Assembly (NCBI GenBank): GCA_017619885.1
Contig: JAFZRM010000213.1
Span: 1-45,334 of the forward strand
DNA from: Clostridia bacterium
Lineage (GTDB): Bacteria > Bacillota > Clostridia > Oscillospirales > CAG-272
Direction: 5' to 3'
Length of the DNA stretch: 45,334 nt
In this document: piece after piece, positions 18,399 through 27,919 of the stretch
Layout: each line of letters opens with the position of its first letter
Position numbering within the stretch: the first letter of the stretch is position 1
Translations under genes and position numbers: made by a program
The notes under the pieces: model-generated
Told to the model about the DNA's origin: nothing
The model's database searches: none
What the model saw: the letters and a program-made list of their open reading frames with translations, nothing else

Positions 18399-19820
18399 TT
18401 ATTCTGATATCCTGCCTTCGAACAGCACGACGCCGGAGTCGTTCGTCCAGCCGGATTCGCCGGTCGTGATATAGAAACGGAACGGTTCGTCCGCTTTGAA
18501 CACCACCGGATCCGCGGGAACGGCCGTGTCCTTTACGGATATCACAGTGACGGCGGCCGCTTCGACGCCCGTCTTGTCGAGTTTTATCTTGGCTTTCTGG
18601 ATTATGTCGCTGACGTAAAGATCGTCCTTGCCCTCGATCATCCCGCTCAGATCCGCTTTGCCGGCTTCGAAAACGTCGGTTATCCCGAGCGATCCGAGAA
18701 AGCCTTTAAGCTCGTAATTGTCGAGCGACGTCTCCGTCGTGAATTCCGGTATGATGACCATGACGTTTTTTGTCTTTGCCTGCGCGATCTTCTCGGACAG
18801 ACCAGAGGTACTGCCGATAACGAACACCATGTTGACGCCGTTATCCATCGGCACGACCACGAGGCGCGTGTCGGCGTCCTCGTAATAAGCGTAATATTCC
18901 TCGGATTCTATGAAGTTTTTCTTGACCTTCTCGCCGCCTGAGGTCCTGAAATCCCGCTCGCCGATCTCAAAAAACTCGTTTCTCCAGCCGTTTTTGTAGT
19001 ACAGAGCGTTGGCGAGGACGACCGCGAGGCCCTCGGTATCGTAATCGTCGGGGAGTACCTTCGGGATCATGCCTTCCGTCTTTTCGTTCGCCCAGTCGTT
19101 GACTTTCTTTATGATATCGGAGCCGAAAAACGAATCGTACCTGGCGTTGTACATTTCAAGTCTCAGCTTGTACTCGGACTTGAAATCGTCCAGATCGCTG
19201 CGCTTCCAGACGGAATCCGCCACGTGAAGCGCTCCGCCCGGCTTTTTCAGAAAATCAGGGTTGGCGCCGGACTTGATCCGCTCGTCGTATTCGGTCAAGT
19301 CGCGCGCGATCTTGCTGTTGAAGCCTTCCTCGAACGAGTTGAACGATTTGACGTAGTTTTCAAACTCGGAAAGGTCCTTCAGCCCGAGCCCTTCGGTGAA
19401 CTGCTTCAGCGTGTTACCCTCGGCTCCGGCGATCAGCATGCCGAGCGCGTATTTGAAAGAGAGCGGGGAAATGACGTAGTTGCCAGTCTGCGTCCGCTCG
19501 ACGAACTCCGCCAGCTTCAGATCGAACTCGTCAAAGCGCGAAAGTACGCCGCCAGAAGGCTCCGGTCCGGGCTCGGCGGTCGTCTGCTCCGCGCTCGTGG
19601 CGGCTTCCGTTTCGGCAGGCTCAGTTTCTGTCGGCTCCGTCGACGCGCCGGTCGTCTGAGCCGGCTCCGTCAAGGACGGCTCGCCTGTCGCGGCGGTCTG
19701 CGACGGATCCGCGGCGGACGGTCCGCCGGTCTGCGTCCCGGCGCCCGGCGCCTCGGCGCAGGCGGAAAGCGCGGACAGCGCCATAGCGGCGATTATAATA
19801 AGCGTAATTATCTTTTTCAT
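18399..19820 (-). CDS. Serpin-family protease inhibitor, lipoprotein-anchored
   Basis: Signal and lipobox MKKIITLIIIAAMALSALSAC, then a T/E/P-rich linker. The serpin body has hinge GVEAAAVTVI and the C-terminal FKADEPFRFYI motif. RBS GGAGGAG lies upstream. Confidence 0.8.
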   Translation of the reverse strand: MKKIITLIIIAAMALSALSACAEAPGAGTQTGGPSAADPSQTAATGEPSLTEPAQTTGASTEPTETEPAETEAATSAEQTTAEPGPEPSGGVLSRFDEFDLKLAEFVERTQTGNYVISPLSFKYALGMLIAGAEGNTLKQFTEGLGLKDLSEFENYVKSFNSFEEGFNSKIARDLTEYDERIKSGANPDFLKKPGGALHVADSVWKRSDLDDFKSEYKLRLEMYNARYDSFFGSDIIKKVNDWANEKTEGMIPKVLPDDYDTEGLAVVLANALYYKNGWRNEFFEIGERDFRTSGGEKVKKNFIESEEYYAYYEDADTRLVVVPMDNGVNMVFVIGSTSGLSEKIAQAKTKNVMVIIPEFTTETSLDNYELKGFLGSLGITDVFEAGKADLSGMIEGKDDLYVSDIIQKAKIKLDKTGVEAAAVTVISVKDTAVPADPVVFKADEPFRFYITTGESGWTNDSGVVLFEGRISE

Positions 19821-19854
19821 TGTCTCCTCCGTCGGGAAATCTTCTTCCCTTTTA

Positions 19855-19882
19855 ATTATACATATAAATATCGAAAAGTCAA
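19855..19882 (-). promoter_or_regulatory. Sigma-A-type promoter of the serpin(-GH43) unit
   Basis: The minus strand reads TTGACT (19882..19877), a 16-nt spacer, then TATAAT (19860..19855). Confidence 0.6.
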
Positions 19883-20013
19883 GCGTTTGGCAGGATTTTC
19901 CGCGCGCCGCGCCTTTCGTTATATTAGACGCGGTTTTCGGTCGTTCTCTTACGGTCCCGGCGCGATTTTTTTGATCAGCGGCGGATCGCCGTATATATTA
20001 TGCGCCCGCGGGC

Positions 20014-20042
20014 TTGACAAACCTTTTTTATAGGAGTATAAT
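20014..20042 (+). promoter_or_regulatory. Sigma-A-type promoter of the GH36 gene
   Basis: TTGACA (20014..20019), a 17-nt spacer, then TATAAT (20037..20042). Confidence 0.7.
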
Positions 20043-20076
20043 CAAATATAAAGATACTGCACAAGGAGAAAACGAC

Positions 20077-22002
20077 GTGAAACAGCTTGAAAAATATCTG
20101 TCCGATCCCGCGGGATTCCCGTTCTCGTTTTGCTATGAGGGAAAAAGGATAAAAGGCTTCGGGGAAGACTTCGGGAAGATATACGATAAAAGATCCGGTA
20201 CCGCGGACGGGGCCGCGTACACCGTCGGATTTCTCCATAAGGACAGCGGCGCAGTTTTTGAAGTGCGCGCGAGATCGTATTCGGATTTTGACGCGTGGGA
20301 GTGGACGGTTTATATAACGAACGCGTCGGATCGCCCGACCGGGCTGATAAGCGATATCAACGCCGCCGACGTGATCTTCGAGGGCGGCTCGCCGGTGCTC
20401 AGCGGTCTTTCCGGCGACCTCGGCGACATGTACGCGCCGTACGAGATAGATCTGACAAAACAAAACGTGATCAGGACTTCGACGTCCGGCAGACCGACGC
20501 ACGGAAACTTCCCGTATTTCAACCTCGGATACGGAGACGGCGCCGTATTCATTGCCGTCGGCTGGCCCGGATGCTGGAGAGCGTCGTTTGAGGGCGGGGA
20601 GGACTCCGTCCGCTTCACGGCGGGTCAACTGTCGTTTTCGGCGAAGCTTTTACCGGGCGAGACCGTCCGCACGCCGCTCGTAGCGTTTTTGCACTGCGAA
20701 GGGCGGGACGCGGTCGATAATATGAACCTCTGGAGAATATGGTTCATCGGCTGCAATATGAGAAAAGACACGAACGGCGAGCCGATCCGCCCCGCGCTCG
20801 GCTGGGGCTCGATCGTGCAGGGAATGTCGACCGATGCGCTCGAGCGTATCGCGAAAGCTTATTTCAATCACGGCGTGCCGCTCGATTATCTGTGGCTCGA
20901 CGCCGGCTGGTATACCGACGAGGCGGGCGGGACGTGCGAATGGCCGAAGACCGGCACGTGGCGCGTCAACACGAAGATGTTCCCGGACAGATTCGCCGGC
21001 GTCTCGGATCTGATGCATGAAAACGGCGGCAAAACGCTTCTGTGGTTCGAATCCGAGGTGATGCGCTGCAATAAGGACGGGTTCCTTGCGTCAAATCCGG
21101 ATTTCAAGCCTGAATGGTTCCTCGGCACCGCTGCGGGCGGCTCGTGGCTCGAAGGTCAGCTGCTCGATCTCGGCGATCCCGGACTGCGCAGGTGGCTGCT
21201 CGGCTGCATCTTCCAAGTGCTCGACGAGGGCGGCATCGACATGTACCGCCAGGACTTCAACGTCGACCCGGCGCCGGTATGGAGCGCCTGCGACGGAGCG
21301 GACCGAACCGGCGTCACCGAGAACCGGTACGTTCAGGGCTACCTTGCGCTGTGGGACGCGATACTTGAAAGATATCCCGATATGACGATAGATTCGTGCG
21401 CGTCGGGCGGCGGCAGGAACGACCTCGAGACGATGCGCCGCTCCGTGCCGCTCCATATAAGTGATTTCTGGGACTGCATAACGGGCGGCTACGACGACAG
21501 GCAGGCGATAATGCTGTCGCTTTTGCCGTGGTTCCCGTATTTCAAGCTTCAGGTCAAGGATAACGAGCAGATAACGGAATACAGGCTCCGTTCCTGCATG
21601 GCGCCGTGGATGAACGTTAACGTACCGACAGCCGACCCCGGCACGCCGTGGGAGCTCGTCAGAAAAGCCTGCGGCGAATGGAAGCGGCTGTCGGAGCTGT
21701 TCTACGCCGATTTCTATCCGCTCACGCCTTTCGGCAAATCCGATACCGTCTGGCGCGGCTGGCAGTTCTACGATCGGAAGACCTACCGCGGCGCGGCGCT
21801 CGTTTTCCGGGCGGAGAAGAACGAGACCGATTCGATGACGCTCAAGCTTCACGCGCGGCCGGGGATAAATTACAAAGTCGAAGACTGCGACGGGAAGATC
21901 GACCGCGTCGTGCCGGGCGCCGAGCTGTCCGAAAACGGTCTTGCGGTAAAGCTTGAAAATCCCGGCTCGTCCGCGCTGATCTTCATACGGCGAGCCGACT
22001 GA
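20077..22002 (+). CDS. Alpha-galactosidase-like glycoside hydrolase (GH36 family)
   Basis: Start set at GTG 20077, 7 nt after AGGAGA; the ORF-track start at 20014 lies inside the -35 box. Motifs YLWLDAGWY, YRQDFN and DSCASGGGRND are typical of GH36. Confidence 0.7.
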   Translation: MKQLEKYLSDPAGFPFSFCYEGKRIKGFGEDFGKIYDKRSGTADGAAYTVGFLHKDSGAVFEVRARSYSDFDAWEWTVYITNASDRPTGLISDINAADVIFEGGSPVLSGLSGDLGDMYAPYEIDLTKQNVIRTSTSGRPTHGNFPYFNLGYGDGAVFIAVGWPGCWRASFEGGEDSVRFTAGQLSFSAKLLPGETVRTPLVAFLHCEGRDAVDNMNLWRIWFIGCNMRKDTNGEPIRPALGWGSIVQGMSTDALERIAKAYFNHGVPLDYLWLDAGWYTDEAGGTCEWPKTGTWRVNTKMFPDRFAGVSDLMHENGGKTLLWFESEVMRCNKDGFLASNPDFKPEWFLGTAAGGSWLEGQLLDLGDPGLRRWLLGCIFQVLDEGGIDMYRQDFNVDPAPVWSACDGADRTGVTENRYVQGYLALWDAILERYPDMTIDSCASGGGRNDLETMRRSVPLHISDFWDCITGGYDDRQAIMLSLLPWFPYFKLQVKDNEQITEYRLRSCMAPWMNVNVPTADPGTPWELVRKACGEWKRLSELFYADFYPLTPFGKSDTVWRGWQFYDRKTYRGAALVFRAEKNETDSMTLKLHARPGINYKVEDCDGKIDRVVPGAELSENGLAVKLENPGSSALIFIRRAD

Positions 22003-22023
22003 TCAGATGACCAAAAGGACGGC

Positions 22024-23241
22024 ATGAATATGACAATGAAATTTTTCACGAAAGAGAAGAAACCGAAGCTTTACGACGTGCTGGCGGCGGCGGCCGCCGC
22101 GGCCGCGGCGGTCGCGGTCCTGCACTTTGCGGGAAAAGGAGAGCTGCCGCTGATAAGCGCGATCGTGCTCGACGTTTTCTTCCTGTACCTGACCGCGCGG
22201 CTCGTGATCGCCTGCGAAGGGCAGATACGGTATAACCCTTATTCTTACAACACGATCTTTTACGCGGGCTTCGCGCTTTTCTCGCTTTCCGTGCTTATAA
22301 CGCATATCGTTCTGACGGTCCGCATCGCGGCGCACCCTGACGTGTACGGGACCGGCATGATCGTCTCGATCCTCGCCTCGTCGGCGAGAAACTATATGAT
22401 CCTGTCCGCGCCGTTCATCCTCGTGATTTCGATCGCGCTGTGCGTGTCGAACGTCTCGCTTATAAAGCACGAGGGCTTCCGCCCCGTCAACGTCCTCGGC
22501 ATCGTATTGTCGGCGCTTCTGATATCGGGCGAGGTCTTCATGTTCACGTTCGATCACAGCGCGTCCGGCAGTCAGAGTCAGGTGATGATACACGATCTGC
22601 TTGTAAACGTCTTCGCCGCGGTCTATCTGTATTTCGAGTGTATGATAATCGGCGTAATCTTCGCCGAGGTCCTCGTGTGCCGCCACGAACCCGCGTACGA
22701 TAAAGACTTCGTGATAATCCTCGGATGCGGTCTGAGAAAAGACGGGACGCCCACGCCGCTGCTCGCCGGCAGAGTCGACCGCGCGATCGCGTTCGCGGAA
22801 AAGCAGGAGAAGACGTCCGGCAAAAGGATAACGTTCATAACGTCGGGCGGCAAGGGAGACGACGAGCACGTCTCTGAGAGCGCCTCGATGAAGCGGTATA
22901 TGCTCGAGCACGGCGTGCCGGAGGACCGGATAATCGAAGAGGATCAGTCCGTCGACACCGTGCAGAACATGCGCTTCTCGAACGAAAAGATAAAAGCGGC
23001 GGGCGGCGGAAAAGCGGTGTTTTCGACCACGAACTACCACGTGTTCCGCTCCGGCATCTGCTCAGCGCGCGTCAAGATGCGCGCCGAGGGCATAGGCGCG
23101 CGGACTAAGTGGTATTTCTGGCCGAACGCCTCCGTGCGTGAATTCGCGTGCCTGCTCGTCGCGCACAAAAGAAAACAGGCGATCATACTCGCGGCCCTGA
23201 CCGCGGCGTACGTTGCGCTGACGCTGCTTATGTACAGATAA
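22024..23241 (+). CDS. Membrane protein with DUF218 (YdcF/SanA/ElyC-like) domain
   Basis: The N-terminal half is polytopic membrane. It is followed by FVIILGCGL...DGTPTPLLAGRVDRAI...SGGKG...ESASM, a DUF218-type core. Confidence 0.65.
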   Translation: MNMTMKFFTKEKKPKLYDVLAAAAAAAAAVAVLHFAGKGELPLISAIVLDVFFLYLTARLVIACEGQIRYNPYSYNTIFYAGFALFSLSVLITHIVLTVRIAAHPDVYGTGMIVSILASSARNYMILSAPFILVISIALCVSNVSLIKHEGFRPVNVLGIVLSALLISGEVFMFTFDHSASGSQSQVMIHDLLVNVFAAVYLYFECMIIGVIFAEVLVCRHEPAYDKDFVIILGCGLRKDGTPTPLLAGRVDRAIAFAEKQEKTSGKRITFITSGGKGDDEHVSESASMKRYMLEHGVPEDRIIEEDQSVDTVQNMRFSNEKIKAAGGGKAVFSTTNYHVFRSGICSARVKMRAEGIGARTKWYFWPNASVREFACLLVAHKRKQAIILAALTAAYVALTLLMYR

Positions 23242-23242
23242 A

Positions 23243-23830
23243 ATGGAAAGATTATATTTTGAGATACCCGGCCCGGACAGAAAAGACGACGCCGTGGATT
23301 ATATCAGGGAGTTTTACGAATACGGCTCGGATATAAACGGCGCCGGAGGCCTGCACAGATACCTCGACGACTACGGCGGATGGCTGAAAAAGCTCGAAGC
23401 AGACTATAACAGGGTCCCCGACGGGGAGAGAGTGCCGGCGCGCACGTATTTTCTCGTGCGTGAAAGCGACGGCAGGATCGTCGGTATGATAAACATAAGG
23501 CTGGCGCTTAACGAAAAACTGCGCCGTTACGGCGGCCATATCGGATACAGCATAAGGCCGACGGAGCGGGGAAAAGGCTACAATAAAATCAACCTTTATC
23601 TCGCGCTCAAAGTCTGCGAAAAATACGGTATAGACAGCGTTTTCATGGACGCGGACCTCGACAATCCCGCGTCGTGGAGGACAATGGAAGCGCTCGGCGG
23701 CGTGCGGATACGGCAGTATTTTGACGACGAGTTCGCGCACTGCACCGTGCTCGACTACGAGATCGACGTCAAAAAAGCGCTGTCAGAACACAAAGAATAC
23801 GAAAAATACGTCGCGCGGCAGCTTGACTGA
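23243..23830 (+). CDS. GNAT-family N-acetyltransferase
   Basis: 195 aa. IVGMINIRL...HIGYSIRPTERGKGY is an acetyl-CoA-binding-type motif. The start is 1 nt after the upstream stop. Confidence 0.7.
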   Translation: MERLYFEIPGPDRKDDAVDYIREFYEYGSDINGAGGLHRYLDDYGGWLKKLEADYNRVPDGERVPARTYFLVRESDGRIVGMINIRLALNEKLRRYGGHIGYSIRPTERGKGYNKINLYLALKVCEKYGIDSVFMDADLDNPASWRTMEALGGVRIRQYFDDEFAHCTVLDYEIDVKKALSEHKEYEKYVARQLD

Positions 23831-23875
23831 CCACCGCACGGCACATATATCAAAGAGTTTGAAAGGAGAGCGTTT

Positions 23876-25177
23876 ATGCCTGATATGAGATTCACGGCGG
23901 GCGCGGCGCGCTAGGACATAACCCCGCCTGTCGGGACACTGCTGTACGGATACACCCCGGACACCGTGAGCACGTCCGTCCACGATCCGCTGCAGACGAC
24001 CGCGGTCGCGATGAGTCAGGGCGGCGAGACGGCGGTGATCATGACGGTCACGGTCGGCGATTTCGGAACGGAGCTGTGCGATCAGATCAGAAAAAAGATC
24101 GGGGAGGAACTGGGTCTGCCGCCCGGACGGATAATCGTGGCGTCGACGCACACGCATTCCGCGCCGAACGTCTCCGGCATCGAGGGCTGGGGAGATATCG
24201 ACCGTCCGTACGTCGACGGCATTCTGTTCCCCGCGATGATAAAGGCGTGCCGCGCGGCGGTCGCGGGCCTGCGGCCCGCGGAGCTTGCCGTCGGCGTCGT
24301 CAGATCGAAGGTCGGCGTCAACCGGCGCCAGCAGCTGCCAAACGGCGCGATCGCGCTCGGTCAGAACCCGTGGGGCTGCTGCGATCCGTATATGACCTGC
24401 ATAGCGATCCGCGATTCGGAGACGAAAAAGGGGATCGTCAACATGATCCACTACGGGTGCCACGGTACCGCCGCGGGAAACAACCACGAGATAACGCGCG
24501 ACTGGTCCGGCATCATGACCGACCGCCTCGAGGCGCAGACCGGTATCCTGACGGCATACTGGAACGGCGCGCAGGGCGACGTCGGACCGAGACTGACGAA
24601 CGGCGCCACGACCGGCGACATCCGCTTCGTTGAGGAGCTCGGCGGCGTCGCGGCGCAGGACGCGCTGCGCGCGTGGCAGGCGCTCGGACCGTATAAGGAA
24701 GGATCGCTAAACGTATTCGAAGGCGAGCTGCGCATCCCGCGCAAGCCTCTGCCCCCGGAGGATCAGGTGCGGGCGAAGCTCGCGTCGTATACCGATCCCG
24801 ATTCGCTTATAAATATAATGCGTCTGGAATACGTCTATTACAAAGCCGTGTACGACGAATACGCCGCGGGCTGTCCGCCTTATGAAAAGGAGTGCGTGAT
24901 ACCTTCGACGGTGGTTTCGGCGGGCGATATCGCCTTCGTGCCGTATCCGTTTGAGATATTCGCGGAAATGTCAATGAGACTGCGCGCCTACTCGCCGTAC
25001 CGCTACACGCTGTGTCTTTCGAACAGCAACGGCTACAACGCCTATCTGCCGACGCAGGATCAGATCGTCCGCGGCGGCTACGAGGTCGGCTGCTTCATGT
25101 ACAGCAGTGCGCACCCGCTGGTCGATTGCGCCGACCAGGTATTGCTTGACGAAACGTTTCGCATAATGAACCGATAA
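23876..25177 (+). CDS. Neutral/alkaline ceramidase-like hydrolase, interrupted by an in-frame TAG at codon 13 (possible pseudogene or truncated start)
   Basis: ATG 23876 lies 5 nt after GAAAGGAGAG and encodes MPDMRFTAGAAR-TAG-DITPPVGTLLYGY, in frame with ORF 23966..25177. The DITPP, GY and HTHSAP motifs fit the ceramidase N-terminal domain family. The uninterrupted ORF alone begins at GTG 23966. Confidence 0.6.
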
Positions 25178-25187
25178 GGAGAAAGAT

Positions 25188-26360
25188 ATGTACAGAATAG
25201 GGCAAAACGAGATCGACGCCGTTGCGCGCGCCATTATAAGCCGCGATTTTTTCAAGATCAACGGCAGCGGGCAGGAAGTCCTGCACTTCGACGACGAATG
25301 GAGACAGACCGTAGGAACCGAATATTCGCTCACCATGACGTCGGGCTTCGCCGCGCTGACGTCGGCGCTGATCGGCATGGGCGTGGGACCCGGCGACGAG
25401 GTGATCGTGCCGGCGTATACGTATATCGCCTCGGCGCTCGCCGTGACGGCGGTCGGCGCGATACCGGTGATAGCGGACGTCGACGGGACGCTTACGATAG
25501 ACCCGGAGGACGTCGAAAGGAAGCTGTCGCCTCATACGAGGGTCGTGATGCCCGTGCATATCCAGGGCTTCCCCTCCGATATGGACGCGCTGAAAAAGCT
25601 TTCCGTCAGATACGGATTCCGGATCCTCGAGGACGCCTGCCAGGCGGACGGCGGAATGTATCACGGGAAATATCTCGGAACGATAGGCGACGCCGGCGCG
25701 TATTCGTTCAACTATTTCAAGATAATCACCTCGGGAGAGGGCGGCGCTCTCGTAACGGACGACAGGGTTATATACGAGCGCGCGCTGATATACCACGACG
25801 CGGCGGCTGTCGCGTTCTTCGGCAATCAGCTCGACGGCATCACCGAGCCTCTGTTCGGCGGCAGTGAATTCCGCGTGTCCGACATAATCGGCGCGATCCT
25901 GCGCGAACAGCTCAAGCGTCTCCCGACGCTCCTGTCTGATCTGCGGCGCAACAGAGACGAACTCGCAAAGCTCGTCTGCGGCGAAGGCAAGGCGGCGCAG
26001 GCGCCCTCGCACGATATAGAAGGCGACTGCGGAACGACGCTCTCGCTGCGCTTTGAGACGGCGGAGGAATGCCGCGCGTATCAGCAGAAATGCGCGGACG
26101 GCGGCGTAGGCACCACGGTGCCGATAGACACCGGTAAGCACGTTTACACGAACTGGACGCAGATCATGGAAAAGCGCGGCGCGATGCATCCGGCAATGGA
26201 TCCGTTCAAGATGGAGGCGAACCGCGGGCTCAACATGGACTACACGCCCGATATGTGCAGAAAGACGCTCGATCTGCTCTCCCGCACGCTCTACGTCGCG
26301 ATAAATCCCGACTGGACCGAGGACGATATCGCAAATATCGCCGCGGTGATGAACGGCTGA
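25188..26360 (+). CDS. DegT/DnrJ/EryC1/StrS-family PLP-dependent aminotransferase
   Basis: DEVIVPAYTYIAS and SFNYFKIITSGEGGALVTDD (PLP-lysine region) motifs. RBS AAGGAGA lies upstream. Confidence 0.8.
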   Translation: MYRIGQNEIDAVARAIISRDFFKINGSGQEVLHFDDEWRQTVGTEYSLTMTSGFAALTSALIGMGVGPGDEVIVPAYTYIASALAVTAVGAIPVIADVDGTLTIDPEDVERKLSPHTRVVMPVHIQGFPSDMDALKKLSVRYGFRILEDACQADGGMYHGKYLGTIGDAGAYSFNYFKIITSGEGGALVTDDRVIYERALIYHDAAAVAFFGNQLDGITEPLFGGSEFRVSDIIGAILREQLKRLPTLLSDLRRNRDELAKLVCGEGKAAQAPSHDIEGDCGTTLSLRFETAEECRAYQQKCADGGVGTTVPIDTGKHVYTNWTQIMEKRGAMHPAMDPFKMEANRGLNMDYTPDMCRKTLDLLSRTLYVAINPDWTEDDIANIAAVMNG

Positions 26361-26371
26361 CGGAGGAGCGT

Positions 26372-27121
26372 ATGAAGCTTGCACTTCAGATATATACGTT
26401 AAGATCGTATCTGTCCGCCGACCGGATAAAAGACACGCTCCGCCGGGTAAAAGAAATGGGCTACGACGGCGTCGAATGGTTCGGGCTTATGGGATATGCC
26501 CCTGCACAGCTTGCAAAGCTTACGGAGGACGCAGGACTTCTGATGTTCTCGGTACACAGAAGCTTTGACGATATCGGCTCGTGCAATACGGACGAGCTTG
26601 ACGCGCTTGCCGCCGCGGGTGTGAAATATCTGCCGATAGGCTGGCTGCCAGAAGAGCGGCTCGCGGGCGGGCCTCTGTTTGAAGAGACCGTCGCGGCGAT
26701 AAGAAAGTACGCCGAAGAAGCGCGGAAGCGCGGACTGTACGTGATGTATCACAATCACGATTTCGATCTGAAGCCTTACGGCAATGAGACGCGCCTCGAC
26801 GCGCTGCTCGCCGAACTGCCGGCAGATCTGTTCGGCGCAGAGCCCGACACGTGCTGGCTTTACAGCGGCGGCGTCGATCCGGCGGCGTATCTGAGAAAGT
26901 ACGCCGGCCGCTCCCCGGTCGTTCATCTGAAAGACTGCGTGAAAGAGGGCGGGCGCAGCGGCTTCATGCCGGTCGGTCACGGCGTCCTCGACTGGGACGC
27001 GATACTGACCGAATGCGGCGCCGCCGACTGGCTCTGCGTCGAACAGGACGAGCCTTCGGGAGGCCTCGACGCGTTCGAATGCGCAAGACTGAGCGCTGAA
27101 TTTCTGCGCAAAGCGTTCTGA
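26372..27121 (+). CDS. Sugar phosphate isomerase/epimerase (xylose isomerase-like TIM barrel)
   Basis: Trimmed to ATG 26372, 5 nt after GGAGGAG; the ORF-track extension overlaps the aminotransferase gene. MKLALQIYTLR..., GYDGVEWF, YHNHDFD and VEQD fit this family. Confidence 0.7.
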   Translation: MKLALQIYTLRSYLSADRIKDTLRRVKEMGYDGVEWFGLMGYAPAQLAKLTEDAGLLMFSVHRSFDDIGSCNTDELDALAAAGVKYLPIGWLPEERLAGGPLFEETVAAIRKYAEEARKRGLYVMYHNHDFDLKPYGNETRLDALLAELPADLFGAEPDTCWLYSGGVDPAAYLRKYAGRSPVVHLKDCVKEGGRSGFMPVGHGVLDWDAILTECGAADWLCVEQDEPSGGLDAFECARLSAEFLRKAF

Positions 27122-27159
27122 TCACGGCGCAGCTGAATAAAGTCAAAGGAGTTTTTACC

Positions 27160-27882
27160 GTGCTGTTTTTTCTGATCCGTCACGGGGATCCGATATACGA
27201 TCCCGATTCACTCACGCCGCTCGGACACCGTCAGGCGGAGGCGCTCGCAAAGCGTCTGGCGCTCTACGGTCTCGACGAGGTGTACACCTCGACCTCGAAC
27301 CGCGCAAAACTCACGGCAAAGCCTGCGTGCGAGCTTCTGCATTTGGAACCGAAACAGCTCGATTTCGCAAACGAAGCGCATACGTGGGCGGACCTCACGG
27401 TCGAGCGCGAGGACGGCAAGCCCGGCGTGACGTGGCTGTTTTACAATAAAAGGACCGTCGCGCTGCTCAACAGCAAAGAAATTCGCGAGCTCGGCGACCG
27501 CTGGTACGATCATCCCGACCTCGTCGCACATAACTACAAAAAGGGGATCGACCGCATATACGACGCCTCCGACGAGTTTTTCGCCGGCTTCGGATACGTG
27601 CACGAGCGTTATACCGGCAGATACAGGATCGAAGATCCGAGCCGGAAGCGCGTCGCGCTGTTCGCCCACCAGGGCTTCGGCCTGGCGTTTCTGAGCTGTC
27701 TGCTCGACATACCGTACCCGATGGTCTGCACGCATTTCGACATCTGCCCGACCGGCATGACGGTCATAGATTTCCAGAGCTTCGGCGAATTCGCGACGCC
27801 GAAGGTGCTCGTCCATTCGTCCGATTCGCATCTTTACCGCGAAGGCCTGCCGACCGTTTACAACGGCGGACCGAGATTCTGA
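27160..27882 (+). CDS. Histidine phosphatase family protein (phosphoglycerate mutase-like)
   Basis: GTG start 8 nt after AAAGGAG. The N-terminal LIRHGD motif (catalytic RHG) and a later FAHQG region fit the family. Confidence 0.7.
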   Translation: MLFFLIRHGDPIYDPDSLTPLGHRQAEALAKRLALYGLDEVYTSTSNRAKLTAKPACELLHLEPKQLDFANEAHTWADLTVEREDGKPGVTWLFYNKRTVALLNSKEIRELGDRWYDHPDLVAHNYKKGIDRIYDASDEFFAGFGYVHERYTGRYRIEDPSRKRVALFAHQGFGLAFLSCLLDIPYPMVCTHFDICPTGMTVIDFQSFGEFATPKVLVHSSDSHLYREGLPTVYNGGPRF

Positions 27883-27883
27883 T

Positions 27884-27919
27884 AAAAAAACAAGCGGTGC
27901 TTCAACGCACCGCTTTTTC
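27884..27919. terminator. Bidirectional intrinsic terminator
   Basis: Perfect 9-bp stem AAGCGGTGC/GCACCGCTT (27892..27915), flanked by an A7 run and a T5 run, between convergent genes. Confidence 0.75.

Noticed and set aside
18379-18400. Hairpin GCGCCGACGGCGC followed by T8 on the plus strand, between the minus-strand serpin and GH43 genes.
   Set aside because: The orientation is wrong for terminating either flanking gene, because the T-run is on the plus strand. The stem is only about 5 bp. It is probably incidental, or at most an antisense-transcription stop.
23912-23914. The in-frame TAG considered as pyrrolysine or a reassigned codon.
   Set aside because: TAG terminates the DUF4838 gene normally at 10575..10573. 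No pyl genes, PYLIS-like context or suppressor tRNA are visible in the window. A mutation, a sequencing error or readthrough is more parsimonious.
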